DNA of 64,000 nt from Pelomyxa schiedti (taxonomy: Eukaryota > Protista > Evosea), in the NCBI GenBank assembly GCA_020536535.1, contig JAHLWZ010000427.1, positions 1 to 64,000 on the forward strand, read 5' to 3'. The notes beneath the pieces were generated by a model, which did no database searches, was not told the DNA's origin, and saw only the letters and a program-made list of their open reading frames with translations. Positions 51,371 to 64,000 of this stretch are shown here, one piece after another; within the stretch, counting starts at the first letter, position 1, and each line of letters starts with the position of its first letter. Made by a program: the position numbers and the translations under genes.

Positions 51371-53967
51371 TTAACATACAAAGTCGTAAATTGCGTAAGT
51401 GAGGAAGGTGTCTGGTTCTGGGCTGCTGAGCATAACAGAAGTCCGGCCAACGACTACCACCTTGGCGGTGTGCCACCACACACCGTCCGCACCAGGCTTG
51501 GCTGGAAGCACATAGCTGTGAGGGTTGTTATTTAGGATCACGGGATTGACGGGAGTAAACCTTTGCCCTCCGGTGCGTATCATCACTTTCTTGCCTTTCT
51601 GGCATTTGACAGCAAAGATATAAGGTCGGTTTGCTTGCAGAGGATTACATAGTGGAGACACAACTACAAATGGCATATCCACACTGTTTGATCAAGTGAG
51701 AATTGAGGTGGTACTTGTATGGAGATTAGCATACGAATAAAGCCTTGGCAATTTCATATCCGCGGCTGCATCGAAAGAGCAATCAATGGAATAATTGTGG
51801 ACACACACTAGGTGTTGCTTTCCAACCAATAAGGAAAGTACATATGAACCCCGAGCAGGACAATAAGTTAAAATTTCAAAATGCTGCCCACTGCATTCAC
51901 TTGTACAACAGCAAAGTTGTGCTATGGCACATGGGTGATCAGGATCCCCTATCATGACATTTAGTTGGGTACCGGTTGTAATCTATTTTTATGAGTTTAA
52001 GGTTAATACCGGCTTCAACTTCACGTGTACCAACAAGCGCATAGAGCTTGGCAATAATACCAAAGCCATCCTTCGCCCTTGCCGTAATTTTTAAGGGTGT
52101 GTATGGTTTGTTTGCTACAGGGCTGTATGTAATGGATGTAACTGTGGGATGGGAGAGGAGTGTGAGAGTGAGCTTTCCTTCTTTCACACGTCTTTCAACA
52201 GTATGAGGGGAAGGTCTCTTTACTCTTTCTTGTTTATGTCCTGTAGTTTTGTTGGAAATAAATTTTCATCACTTTCAATGAATACTGACCTACAACTTCC
52301 AAGAATTCCGTAGGGGAAAGGGGTTCCCATCCTTTAGAAGTTTCAATCACAGGATCTGCCCACTTTGCAAGAAGTGTAGGAGATGGCAAATTGCTAGCCA
52401 CCTGATGGAACATGAATAGGTAAGTAGATTATGAGTTTGCGCACGTCTTCGGAGGTCATACTTCCAGCAAAGTCCATGACAGTCAGAATTGAATGTTTGG
52501 TGTGAGTGCCAACTCCAATTCCGACTCTTGTATAGACTGGGTTTAAAAGTGTGTGTCTATGGCCTCTTCCTGGAACATCATCATCCACCAATAGATGAAG
52601 TAAAATAGACTGAGCTTTGAGATGTAAGTTTTAGTAAAGTACAGATAAAACCGACCAGTGAAGAACCCATATTCAATGCACTCTCCAACGAGAAGTCCCC
52701 ATTTACCATGTCGAGAGATTCGCATTTCTATGGTGCTGCCATCAGTGCCTATGTGCCCGTTTAACCCATGCAGGCCTAAATCTAGTTAGGAGAGTAGATT
52801 TGACATGGTAAACAACCTATATCATTTACGTGGTCCCGGCAGGCAAGTGAAAGAGCAGTCGAGTACGACAAAGGAGGTAAACGTGATCCAGCTGCTTCGA
52901 GATCAGAAATACATTCACGTAACACCTTTTTGCCTTCGGTGTAAAACATTGGAGGGTGCCCAGGCATATAGGCAGTCTGAGTGTATTACCGTGTATTGAT
53001 TAGAATACTATCAGAGAAGTCGTGTACCAACATTATTGCACATGCTTTCAATCAGAATCTTAATAAGACCTGCATACTTGGCAGGGTGGTTGCGCATAAT
53101 ATTGGTTTCATGAAACAGAGCAGATTCCAGGGAACATGGATCCGACAGAGCAGCTCTCTTCGCTTCATCTGAAAGTTTTTAGGTTAAAATAGCACAAGGG
53201 GGAAAATGCCTTGTGGAGAAATTGGTTGGTGGCCACGTGGGACACTCGAGGCCGAACTGAGAACATAGTTAGAGCAATAACACTGAGTTGAGCTTTACGC
53301 TAAGGGAGAGGGATTCTGTCTTTGCCCAGGGACTGACTTGGTTGGAGTAGATTCCCCACAGCTGGAGGAGATGCCTGGGGACCTCTTTGGATAAGAGGAA
53401 GAAGTTGTTGTGGTTGTGGTGGTTGGAGGTCCCCTCAAACTCGATGGGGGGAGGGGAGCCGGACGGGTGGGGCGAGGTGGCAATGGAAGAGGTTTGAAGA
53501 AACGTGGTGCGGCAACCGTTGCTGGGTGAGAGCGTGGGTGTTGAATAGGTGGGTGTGGGAGAGACGATGATGGTTGTGTTACAATTTCACCGGTTCTTAT
53601 TTCTTCTACATCCTGGTTTTTTATTATATAAGAGCAACATTCAATAAGTGAGAGAGCTAAAAATCGATAGAGTTAAAAAGAACAAGTACCGCACCGAAAG
53701 AAGTGCCGTGAGTGTTTCCAAAGCGCGCCGCAGCGATGATGAAGGAGACTTCGAGCCAAGAGCCTCCCTTAACGCCACCAGCGTAGCCGAAGCAGCTGCT
53801 TCGATCGACGTCAACTTGTACATAGGAACTATGTAGCCCGCGATGCCGCCACCTCCTCCCAGCGTAACTTCTTCTTCCGAGTCCTCGCTGAGATCGTCAT
53901 CTTCGGTAATAATCGGCGCGCTGGAACTCAAAGACGTACAGCTGCTGGTCAGTGCCGCCTTCGACAT
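51371..53967 (-). CDS. Proline-rich / CAP (SCP/PR-1) domain / Ig-like (KY-hillarin type) protein, multi-exon
   Basis: LSLACRDHVNDIG..G..GHIGTDGST..RISRHG.W...GECIEYG..LLVDDDVPGRGHRHTLLNPVYTRVGIG; beta-rich C-terminus (CPARGSYVLSLL, SPLCNPLQANRPYIFAV). Confidence 0.8.
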
Positions 53968-54211
53968 TATGCCTTGTTACGTAAAAACCGCTGCTACGTC
54001 GCGACACGCCGAGATCTCAAACGCCAAACCCTTTTTTTTTTTGTTTTTTTCTGTGGTTCGCCGCTGAAAGTTCACATTTTTTCGATAAAGCAGGGGAAAT
54101 AATTTACATTCGGCTACGATGATGCCGGGATCTCAGATCCTCTTGAGAGCTGGTGTGGTGGTGAGACGCAAAAGCGACGGTGGTTTTGGTTTTTGCTTTG
54201 GGTTTTTTTTT

Positions 54212-57035
54212 TTACAAATCTTCCATTGCTTTGGTAATCATGTTTTGTACCACAGTTGCCAACCACACAAGTTTGGTATTGGTGGTAGATTTGTGCTTCT
54301 GGAGTTTGGACAAAATGTCAAATGACATAGCTGCTCGGAGCTGTGCACAGTTGTTGTGGAGCTATTTTGTTGTTTGTTGTTTGTTGGGGATATGAGTTAA
54401 GGAGGAGTGATTGGACTGGATGGAAAAAAGAAAAAAAACCAAGGTTCCAGTTGCAATGACTAGTGTCAAAGTAATTTTCTCGTTGGACTCAATGTTTAAC
54501 ATCTTGAGAAGGGACTGTAAGTTACACAGTTCTGTTTGTAGTGGGTTTTGCAAGACCTTATTAAGCAAATGGAGAACAGACAAGGCTGCAGGAATGGATG
54601 ATGACGCTAAACTGAACACGTTTGGAGTGTGCTTGCAGAGTAAAAAGTGGCCGGAACATACTTGAGGAGGATGCAAGAAACAGCTGCTCGTATAGACATT
54701 TCTTCAGCAAACTGCTCTGCCACCCATTGGACCATTTCCAAAATTTCCATATTTTCATAGATACATCTAATAAAGAAGCTGTATCTGTACCGCCAGTGTG
54801 AGAAAGAAGGATGGTTTTTGGAGTGAGATAATACCGGGCAGCATTACAAATTATTCTCAGGAATACAAGGTGGTTTTGTAACGGGCCTTCCTTGGGAACC
54901 AAGGCAAGGCATCCTTATAATACTGAGTAAAATTGTTCAAATTTGAATAACTTACTTGGAAGTAGTGACTTTCCTAATGTGTACTGAAGGAAATTGGTTG
55001 TGTCTGGCAATGATAGAAGTATTCTGAAGATATCCAAAACTATTATTTATCAGAGAAGAAAGATACACAATGAATAGAACCTGGGAATGCAATCTGCCAA
55101 GGGAAATCCAGCATTTTCTCCATAGGTAGGCGAGACAAGATTGGAGAAACACGACTGTCACCGACTTCACAGTGCGGCATTAATGCCACAAGCTCGGCAA
55201 TTGCACTTTCCTCGGCAAAGGAGAAGCGGTGTTTCTGGCTAGTGATAAATAACAAGCAAAGGTTTGGGTCGGGATACCATACTACAATTTGCGTTGTATT
55301 CGTGCAAAACGTTAATAAAATTGGATGGCAAAGGTTTTCCCATATTAGCGAGCTGTGTCTAAAATATCTACGTTAATATAATATCACAATTCAATTAGAC
55401 AACATTTGGTATCCATGTATTTTCTTGGGTTCTTATTCCTGTAGCTGCCCTTTCTACAGCTTTGGCAATGGCTGCAGGACTGGTAAGAATTGAAATTACT
55501 TGTCAGTTGTAAAATATACCATTTCTCATGTGTATTTCAAGTTTGGTAGCAAATTGAGGCATTGAAGCAGTGGTGAGTTTGTGCTTTGTGAGAAACTGCA
55601 CAACAATAGTACCAATGTCATCTGAGAATGTGTTGATACATGCCTTTCAACCACTTAGGTACAACAACGCCCATTTATCAAACCTGTGAAGTTGTAGGGC
55701 AAAAACAAAATACGATCAGCCACAACAAGAGGCACTACTAAATCATAGTATTCATTATCATCTGGATTCCGTTCTTTTTCCCATGCTAAAATCACAGGAT
55801 TAACCAAGTGGAATTATCCTGTTAGTAATACATGCAACAATTTCTTCATGGGACAGAGGGGCGGAAAACTATAAAGAGATTAAAAAGAACCCTGGTTATA
55901 ACTTCTATAATATTTGTGTTTAATTTTGAGTTTCTTGCAAGTTTATAGGTTGAGAGCAGATAACGGCACACCATAGATCTCAGTTGAAAGGTGGTCATTT
56001 GAGCTATCAAGGATTGTATTTTTGGAGGTTTTATTGGATCTCTTAAGCGCACATAGGCTTGTAGAAGCTCTCCGACATTTACGTCTGGTTGTTGCTGTTC
56101 CACATTATCGGATAGAAATAAAGCTGGTAATTCAGTGAAAGAATAATCCGTGCCAAGGTATGTAAGTAATGGTACAAAGTGAATCTAAGAGTCAATCAGA
56201 TTTATCAGACTCACACCGGGTTCAATTACATGTTGCTTATGGTTCCATGCCAGAGGGATTGGTCTTCCAAAGCACTCTGAAGCGTTTCTACGTAGAGGTA
56301 GAAAGGTTGCTGTCACACCTCCCCCTCCTTCCCCAAAAATAACCTTTTGGGTTTAGTAAAAAACCACATGAATTACTGACGAGCTTACATCCTCTTCGCC
56401 TCGGAATATAATTATTGGGCGCTGAATTGCGTTTGCCAGAGCCTGCACATGAATAAATTCAAGGGGTTCATTGGTCTTACTTGCACGTTGCAAGTGCTGC
56501 AGTATTTTTTTTTTTTTTTTTTTTTTGGTTAACACTAACAAAAATTGAAACATGTGCTACCATCTCCCATTCAGAGGCCAGGACTTTGGGGAGATACCAC
56601 TCCTTGTATGAGGTCATCTCATCAGCCATTAAAGTTCTTAGGTTGTTATAATACATTTCAGTTCCCCACATTGCCATGGAAACAGCATGGAGCAGGCAAT
56701 TACCATCCCCAGTGGTATGAAAGGGTACAAGCACTTGTGGGATGGCATCTTGGTCTCCCTGCCGAAATCGCCCAGAAAGATATTGCTAACAGATTGTGTG
56801 AGGGGAAAGCCTCAAAGATGATGCCATTAAAACACATACAAGGGCATCCGAATCAAGCAACTGGTTTGTGAATCCTCTGCACTGTTCTGGTAACTAAGGT
56901 GCCAAGTAAGTGAGAATGGAAAAGCACAATAACAAACAAAAAAAAAAAAGAGAAAAAAAATGGAACCTGAAAAGTGGTGTCGGTCTTATCCGGATCACGC
57001 CCCAGAAGTTTGAACAGTTGACAAAAAATACACAT
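54212..57035 (-). CDS. OTU deubiquitinase (A20/VCPIP1-like) with C-terminal PUL-like domain, multi-exon; start approximate
   Basis: TTGDGNCLLHAVS, HVQALANAIQRPIII, ATFLP, PIPLAW..HFVPL; MLDFPWQIAFPVLDIFRI and NHLVFLRIICN (PUL-like). Confidence 0.82.
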
Positions 57036-57176
57036 CTTCTGTCACCAATTCCGCCACCTGCTGTCTAATGACCTTTCACAGATCTGGCTTTTTGGGTTTT
57101 TTTTCGAACCACTTCGGCCATCAAACGACATCATCAAGAAGAGAGTTCCTTGTTTTTATTTATTTTTTTTGGTGCT

Positions 57177-58847
57177 CTAGTTGGTTTTCTTCTGCTGCTG
57201 TTTTTGTTGGTCCAGATTGGTCTCATGTGCAACCTGTGGTTTAGTGGAGAATCCTGAATCCATATATTTGCACAGGACTAGGTCAGTCATGATCCAGGGT
57301 GATACAACAAGCACAGTGATAGCGGCTGGGGCCACAAGGGTAACACCTATGGCAGTGATGGTTTGTGTGCTGGTGGTGGTATACAGGGCAGTGAGCAGAA
57401 CAAAGGTGACAAACAGGATGAGAAGCTGGACACAAAACAACACAATCTGGTTATTGCCCAGGATGATATCCACATCCAGTGGTGATTGTGTGGGCTTATG
57501 TTGATGCTGTTGTTGTTGAGGGGTTGTAGGTGCGTTTTTGGTTGTATTATGGGTGGTTGAGGAGGACGGTTGAAGTTGGGTTTCAAAGTAGGCCGCACAC
57601 GCGTTCTCTTCCAATAAGAGCAGAATGATAGCGGCGGCAAGGCTCCCCCAGAGGAGTAGTGATGCTGCCTCGGTGATGTGACCGGCTCCAAATATTCCTA
57701 GCATGGATTCACCCAAGCGCCAGATAGCATTGAAATGCATTTCACAGGAGGTTGAGTCTGGGTCCCTTGGTGCGTAACTAAAGGTTGCACTGGCGGATTC
57801 AGACATCATTATTGGCACAGAGGACGCGTTCCTCATACACTGCCAGAGCCATACTAGCACGAGTACTGCTACACACGACAGTGATGGAAACCACAATATG
57901 AAATTAAGTTGTGAAATGTAGCTGTGTTGAAGGATGGACTCATCTGACGGGATTTGAGTGGTAGTGACTCTATTAATTTGGGTAGGAGACCACAATTGAA
58001 AGCGTCGTTTGCCTGAAACGGCGTCAGTACGTGGTTTCAGAAAGTAATGTATATACTTTGTTGCTTTGTTTTGGTCTTCAGAGATTGCGAACTTGACTTC
58101 TGTGGTAACTTGGGTAGCACTTGTGTACTTGGAGAGTCATAGCGCATCAACCCTCTACAGCACAACCACAATACAATACTGCACAATAGTACTGAAACGT
58201 AATACACTAATATCAGACTGTAACAAGATAGCACCGCTCCCTCAACAGCAGATAAATCAATCTCTAGATGAACCGTGTTCCCTTCAGGAGAGAGAGAGAG
58301 TTTGAAATAGAAGGAAGAGGGTTTGTTCTTACTTAACAACAAGAAGAGCGTCAACGTGATACCAACATGAGCTGCATCTAAAAAACCAAGCTTGACAAAT
58401 TATAATCAATAGGTACACGTGAGGTTCTACACACGAGTCTTCACATGTGACATGAACAAGGTTATCACATGGCGACCAATATACTGCAAATTTCGCTTCT
58501 CCTATTGAAATATTAATACACAGGTCTTAGTCACAATCCATTAGATTATATAGAATAGGTTTTGATAGCTAAAGTCCCAAACTAAATTGTACATTGCCAT
58601 CGACCCATAATGCAGTTGCGGTGTCATAGCTCGGCCAAACTACATCCAAAACGCACGCGACAATGAAAACAACGCAACAGATGCACGTGACGTCGTCGCG
58701 CAACAGCCACCACCAACCGTCGTCAGCTCCCATAATTTCCCCCCGCGCTGCGACACCATTCGTCACCGCGCCTGCTCCCAATGAGACTGAGGTCAAAAAC
58801 AACGCAGCCACACACGCCAGGAGAGCGCGACAGTTCCCCTTCATCAT
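57177..58847 (-). CDS. Hypothetical multi-pass membrane protein with signal peptide-like N-terminus
   Basis: MMKGNCRALLACVAALFLTSVSLGA; at least 5 hydrophobic segments across ORFs 58569..58856, 58037..58354 and 57177..57995. Confidence 0.55.
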
Positions 58848-58879
58848 CGACACCAATCCCCGGTTGTGCCCAACAGGAT

Positions 58880-61348
58880 AGATAGATGGCCTGATTCTCT
58901 TTTAGCTTGTTGATGGCTGAACAGGGACGACTTACTCTCAGTGACCAGTACTCTGCTGAGTCACAACTGTCCGGCGAACAAATAGAACTGAGTTCTGTTA
59001 TTAGCATCAACGAGGGATTTGTTTGTTTTAAGAAAGATTGGTTTTCAGAGCCCCCATGAATGTGGTGAAATATTGTAGGTCATCTTCTTGGGACTGCTCG
59101 TCAACATGGTTTGGTGCTGGGGTTGTTGATCCAATGTCAATTGGGTCACGTGAATGCTCATGCATAAATGCACTGAGCAGTTCCAGGTTGCTACGCACAT
59201 TTGCTGCATTTATCTTTTTTTTTTTAATTAAGAGGTTTGTTTGGTACAACAAACGGGAGGGATTTAGTTACCAGGGACTGCTGACTTGAAGTCAATAATT
59301 CTACAACTTTCCCTATAAACTGTCCTTGGGTTTCAGGTGAGGTTCCCTTGGTTTGGTTGCAAAAAGATAAATATCAGAAAAGATAGGCGATAGAAGTGGA
59401 AAGCACCTTCTGGTCTGACCAATGTAATGAACCAATAATCCGAAATAACAGCACACCCACTCTTCGTGGGTTGTTATTACTGCTTGTACTTCCACGCAGG
59501 TGGGCTGAAAATTCTGTTGTATCAGTTGACATCAGTGCTAACAGCGGTTCTGTTCCTTTCTATTTTTTAGTGGCCAATCACAAAAGCGTTTGACAAAAAG
59601 CAAAAGTTACCACATTTTATCATCTCTATTTTGAAGTTGCTGTCATCTGATAGCACCTCTATAACTCTGAATACCTCTACAACTATGTCCAACTCCCATA
59701 GATTTTCTTTCCTTGTCTCTGAAGAGGTATGATTAACAATACTTTTGCATGTAAAAGGGATTTACGTGACACAATATCAAAGAGGAACTTTATTATGAGT
59801 GCCATCTGTTGCGAAGCTTGGGGGGATTCCGCTATTAAATCAAGTATACAAGGTGATTGTGCAGAGAATATATTGAGTAAAACCTATTACAAAGGTCAAA
59901 ATTCCATCGGCAGTAAATTGGAAAAACAAACTTTAAGGGAATTATGAGGAACTTGACTTGAGGACAGATCAACTGGGGGTGAAGATACACTTTGAGAAGG
60001 GCACAATGCTGAGTGGCACACAGATAGGAACTCTCCCGATAAGAAGCGAGGGTGTTGTGACAGCGCATCGATGAATTGAGAGCCAAGTGAGAGAAAGGTC
60101 AGTGATTCAAAGAGAGCCATTATCAACCGGCTCACCTGGGGTGCGTTTGTATGGATGATACAGTATTCCACCTTTTATACCTGGGTGCGATGCTCAGTGT
60201 TGCGGTCCACTTGAACGACACAATCAATCATTGTTTCAATGAACCAATTTGCCCTCTCTGGCGCCATCAAGGCTGCCAGGAAATGCGTTTTTGCGGATCG
60301 CCCATTCTGTTTCTTGATGTGAATGAATTGACTGGAGTGCAAGCAGAACCTGTGCCATAGGCAGCTCCCACTCAAGGAAAGCTTTGACAATAACAAAGCA
60401 CAGAGGGATGCAAGCAAAGGATGATCGCACCATTGCCCCAGCAACTTGCATGGGCTCTAAACGGGAACGCATAAGCTTGTCGAAAGAAAACTGCCGGCAG
60501 GACTACTATCAACTGCACTGGCAATGGAATGCAGGGAGTTCAAAAGAGTGAGCATAATGAGGTCAGCAACTTGTTGCAGATACTTCTCCTGTGACATGGT
60601 TGAAAACAAAAAAGGTTCTTCATGAGCCAGAGCACAGAACCAAAACAGAACAGCAAGCCCACGAGCAACATACATAAGCCTGTGAAATAAAATCCAAAAT
60701 AAAAATATAAGCCCCACATAAAGATAGATATTTAGAGATACAAACTAACATTTGCTCATAGGGCGGCTGAGGGTGGTTGAGCATGTAAAACATCAAATGA
60801 GTTGGCATGTGTGACAACAGAGGACCCACATTGACGACTGTGTCATACTTACCAGGTAATTGCACTACCAAATTTCCATCTTCCTTTTCCACCACAAGAA
60901 AAAAAAAAAAAAAAAAAAAAGGCAATGTCATCAGCTTCTCGCCCTATCGTAACCTCACAAAAAAAAAAAAAAACATAGACGCACCTCTCACTGACATTGA
61001 TTGTTTGACAGCATCTTGATTCAATCTCGACAAAACGAGAAGTACTTCGCTTGCGGTCAACGCACCCCCGCTAGCACTCACATTGGTTGATGTACTGGTT
61101 GTACCACTTATGGGACCCGTGGGGCTGGAGCTGGAGGTGGAGGTGGCTGTTGGGCTCGACATCGGGTGCGCGTTGTGGTACTCACCGACGAATTTGTTCC
61201 CATAATTACGATCACAAATAAGAGCTGTTGGAGATCTGTGTGAGACAACAAGCTGATTCTTAAGGGCTAGCTGCGTGATAACTTGTTCATATTCCTGTTG
61301 GTGCCTAACAGCAATGCGAACAGGAATGTCCCCAGTCGGCCGAGACAT
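58880..61348 (-). CDS. Hypothetical helical (ARM/HEAT-like?) protein, multi-exon; 3' end uncertain
   Basis: Chain of minus-strand exons separated by short GT-AG introns, starting MSRPTGDIPVRIAV; no motif recognised. Confidence 0.5.
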
Positions 61349-61373
61349 TTTTTTTGTTCTGAACAGACGAAAA

Positions 61374-62188
61374 ATGAGCACCGACCTGGCGAATGCGGCG
61401 CCAATGGCTACAACAACCACGCAACTTGGACCACCACCTGACCACATGAGGGAAGCTATATTACGAGGCCTGGTGGAATGCCATGGCAGGCAGGCTTTCG
61501 GCTGCCGTGTGGTGGTATCGAGCGCCGCGGCGCTGGCTTCCTGCGCGCTGGTGTGCAGGGAGTGGTACTTCTCGTGCAATGCACTGTGGAGAGAGCTGTT
61601 TGATCAGTTGTGTTCAGTTTTTCTTATGTGGAAAACCACAACCCCCTCGCATTCTCTCTCCCCTTGGACCCTACGCCACTTTCTTTGTTCGTTTCCCTTG
61701 AGCTCTTTGTGAAGTTCTCTCACCCATGTGTTCCCACCACCTAACTACCCCCTTTTCCTGTGGGGACTGAAATTCTGTGTGGTGTTTGCAGGGACTTTTC
61801 TGACTCGCTGTATGAATCATATGGGCTCCAGAAAGACAGCGTGGTGGGGAGGTGCCGGCAATCACCCCTGATGGGTGCCACTCGCTGGTACCGGCTACAT
61901 ACCACCATGAGGCGCTTTGTGATAAGTGCTGAGGCCCCGCAGTACCACATCACGATGCGCTCACTGACGGGCAGGAAAGATGACGTATTCTTGGATAATA
62001 CGGCAACTTTGTCCGATGTGTGGAACTGGAATGAAAACAAGCAAGGGCTGCCACCACGCACCTACAGGCTAATATGGATGCACCCCATTGCCGGGCTTTT
62101 CAACTCTGATAAAGTGGAAGACTCCACTCCACTACAGAAGTGTTGCCTGATCAACGGCGTGGTTGTACATACTGTACTTTCATTGTAA
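61374..62188 (+). CDS. F-box-like plus C-terminal ubiquitin-like domain protein
   Basis: PPDHMREAIL...LASCALVCREWY...LWRELF (F-box); YHITMRSLTGRK...TLSDV...KQGLPPRTYRLIW...VHTVLSL* (ubiquitin fold, no GG). Confidence 0.72.
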
Positions 62189-62679
62189 AAAAGAACAGAA
62201 CCCAAAATTTGAGACCCACAAAGAGTGGAAACTTTTTATCTTGAGTAATTTTTGAGACAAGGAGGTGGGGGTGTTTATAAAGCCTTCCCACGCCAAATGT
62301 CTGCTTGTGTATCCAAAGCACATGTAGAACCCTGGGAATATCTCACTAACCCTCTAAAAAAAGGGATGAGGTTTGGCTCTGTGCCACTGCCCAACAAGTG
62401 CTTGGAATTTAAGATTAGCTGCTGACTGAAAAAGGCAACACTCAACACTAGGCCATGGAAACACTCCATACAGAATCGAAGATGATCAACATCAGACTTG
62501 CGCGGAAATAGGGCTCCGAACAGCCTAAGGCTAAGAGATCGATCTTCTCTGAAAACATTTTGTTTTGATCGTTCCGTGAGCAAAACACCCGCCCAATGTG
62601 GAACTACAGTGGCCTCGTTGGCCTCTGGCCTTGTGTACCAATTCACACCCGCAATAACCGGACCAACTTGCCAGATGCC

Positions 62680-63930
62680 ATGATCAGGAGTGGGATCCGA
62701 GCCAGAGACCAACTTACAGCGCTGCTTGTCGGTTCGCAGTGCGAAAGGTGCGGCGTGTGCTCGCCGGCGAGGAGGGTGTTTGGGCCGGGACTCGCCAGGC
62801 AATTGTGGGACACATGGGTCATCGGCACACAGAGGACCATAACCATTGTGGTGGAGCTGTCGCCCAACACGCCGCAACCAGGTGGCTTGCTTCTTGCGTG
62901 CCTGGAGCCCTACTGCTGCTCCCTCAGGATTGGTGTCTCTATGCTGCTGTTCGGGATGACAACCGGGCTGTGTGTCACAAATGGAGATGCCGACTGGGTG
63001 GATGAGAACGTCGAGGTGACGGAATCTGACTTGAGTGACATGATACGGGTGACGAATGTGGCAAGGGGTGAGTCCTGTACTTTTGAGCTGTCAGAGGTGG
63101 CGGAGCCATTCTCTCGTGCTCGCCCCTTGTGCATGAATGGAAAGTGGGGTCTTCGTCTCAGAGTGGCGAGAAATCTTCTTACTATCATCAAATTGAACAC
63201 CAAAAAAAAACAAGAGCCGGTGGATGCTCCAATTCCAGATAGATACTGTGTGAAGGGTTCAATGAGCTTCAACAAATTGTGCTCCTCGCAAGCACTGATT
63301 GTTATGTCCACCAACAGTGGCCGCGATGCACATTTGCTTGTGATTGACCTGGATAGCACCTACACCACAAGAACTCTGCAGATTGTGAGCTCGACTCGGT
63401 GCCAGTTTCCAGAAGGCCACTTCTTGTCGCACAGTGTGCGGCAGATATGTTTGATGAAGAACAATGCTGGGAAAAACGTGTTCATTGTTGAGACGTCCAT
63501 GAGCCGTAACAGGGACCGAACTGTTTTTGCCGTTCAATTCGATGGCACAGTCACCAGGCTTTCCTCTCACAGCCAAGCAATCCACTCAATGCTCAGTAGT
63601 CAAATTAATGGTTCTCTGTTCTCACTGTTGATTCCTGGGAACCTGCCGGAAAACAGTAAAGAGAATGATTCAATCCTCTGCTGTGATCCCGATAAACTGG
63701 AGATATGGGACTGTAATGATACTGCAATTTGGGGAAGCCACCAGCAAAACCCAGTGATGGTATACACTGTACCATCACACAAAGGCCATTTATCAGGAGG
63801 TGGTTTGATAGTCCTCATCACTGGAGGGAACACTTTGCAGGTGACAGAAGCCGTGACAGGCCACATTGTTGCATCCATTGAATGTATTTATCCTCCAAAC
63901 ACCCAGACGTCTTCCTCCTTCTTGTGGTAA
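62680..63930 (+). CDS. Intronless member of a lineage-expanded hypothetical family (Pelomyxa-type), probably beta-propeller-like
   Basis: ARDQL.AL......RCG..SPARR....LARQLWD.WV N-terminal motif and MNGKW; I recall these from expanded Pelomyxa hypothetical proteins (not verified). Confidence 0.7.
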   Translation: MIRSGIRARDQLTALLVGSQCERCGVCSPARRVFGPGLARQLWDTWVIGTQRTITIVVELSPNTPQPGGLLLACLEPYCCSLRIGVSMLLFGMTTGLCVTNGDADWVDENVEVTESDLSDMIRVTNVARGESCTFELSEVAEPFSRARPLCMNGKWGLRLRVARNLLTIIKLNTKKKQEPVDAPIPDRYCVKGSMSFNKLCSSQALIVMSTNSGRDAHLLVIDLDSTYTTRTLQIVSSTRCQFPEGHFLSHSVRQICLMKNNAGKNVFIVETSMSRNRDRTVFAVQFDGTVTRLSSHSQAIHSMLSSQINGSLFSLLIPGNLPENSKENDSILCCDPDKLEIWDCNDTAIWGSHQQNPVMVYTVPSHKGHLSGGGLIVLITGGNTLQVTEAVTGHIVASIECIYPPNTQTSSSFLW

Positions 63931-64000
63931 TTTGACAAAATAAATGGCTTTTGGCTTTGGATTTTTTCCTATTTCCACATTAGATGCCTATTCCAGTTTT

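Overview
Gene-dense eukaryotic (protist) genomic DNA in the standard code, with many short (~40-70 nt) GT-AG introns, short intergenic spacers and one scaffold gap (14332-14341). The gene style and the last ORF resemble the archamoeba Pelomyxa schiedti; this is recollection, not a search result. I count about 24 protein-coding genes. Housekeeping genes: ATP-citrate lyase B, RPN7, an SS18/GIF gene only partly covered by the ORF track, TAF2, a formin, importin-beta and an NCS-type Ca2+ sensor. There are also three Golgi-type glycosyltransferases (GT18, GT7-like, GT31) and an intron-rich thermolysin-family (M4) protease. Most notable observations: (1) a VIT-vWA-DUF2135 protein with an embedded degenerate 14-3-3 domain, head-to-head with a protein carrying four copies of an unrecognised Trp-rich domain; (2) a 150-nt hairpin whose transition mismatches are G-U pairs on the minus strand; (3) several unusual ubiquitin-system fusions (SAM-like/vWA/E2, OTU-PUL, tail-anchored ANK-BTB, F-box-UBL); (4) an ACL-B with a degenerate phospho-His loop; (5) a 116-bp inverted duplication 13.5 kb apart; (6) functionally matched head-to-head gene pairs. 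Gene boundaries come from manual splicing and are approximate where stated.
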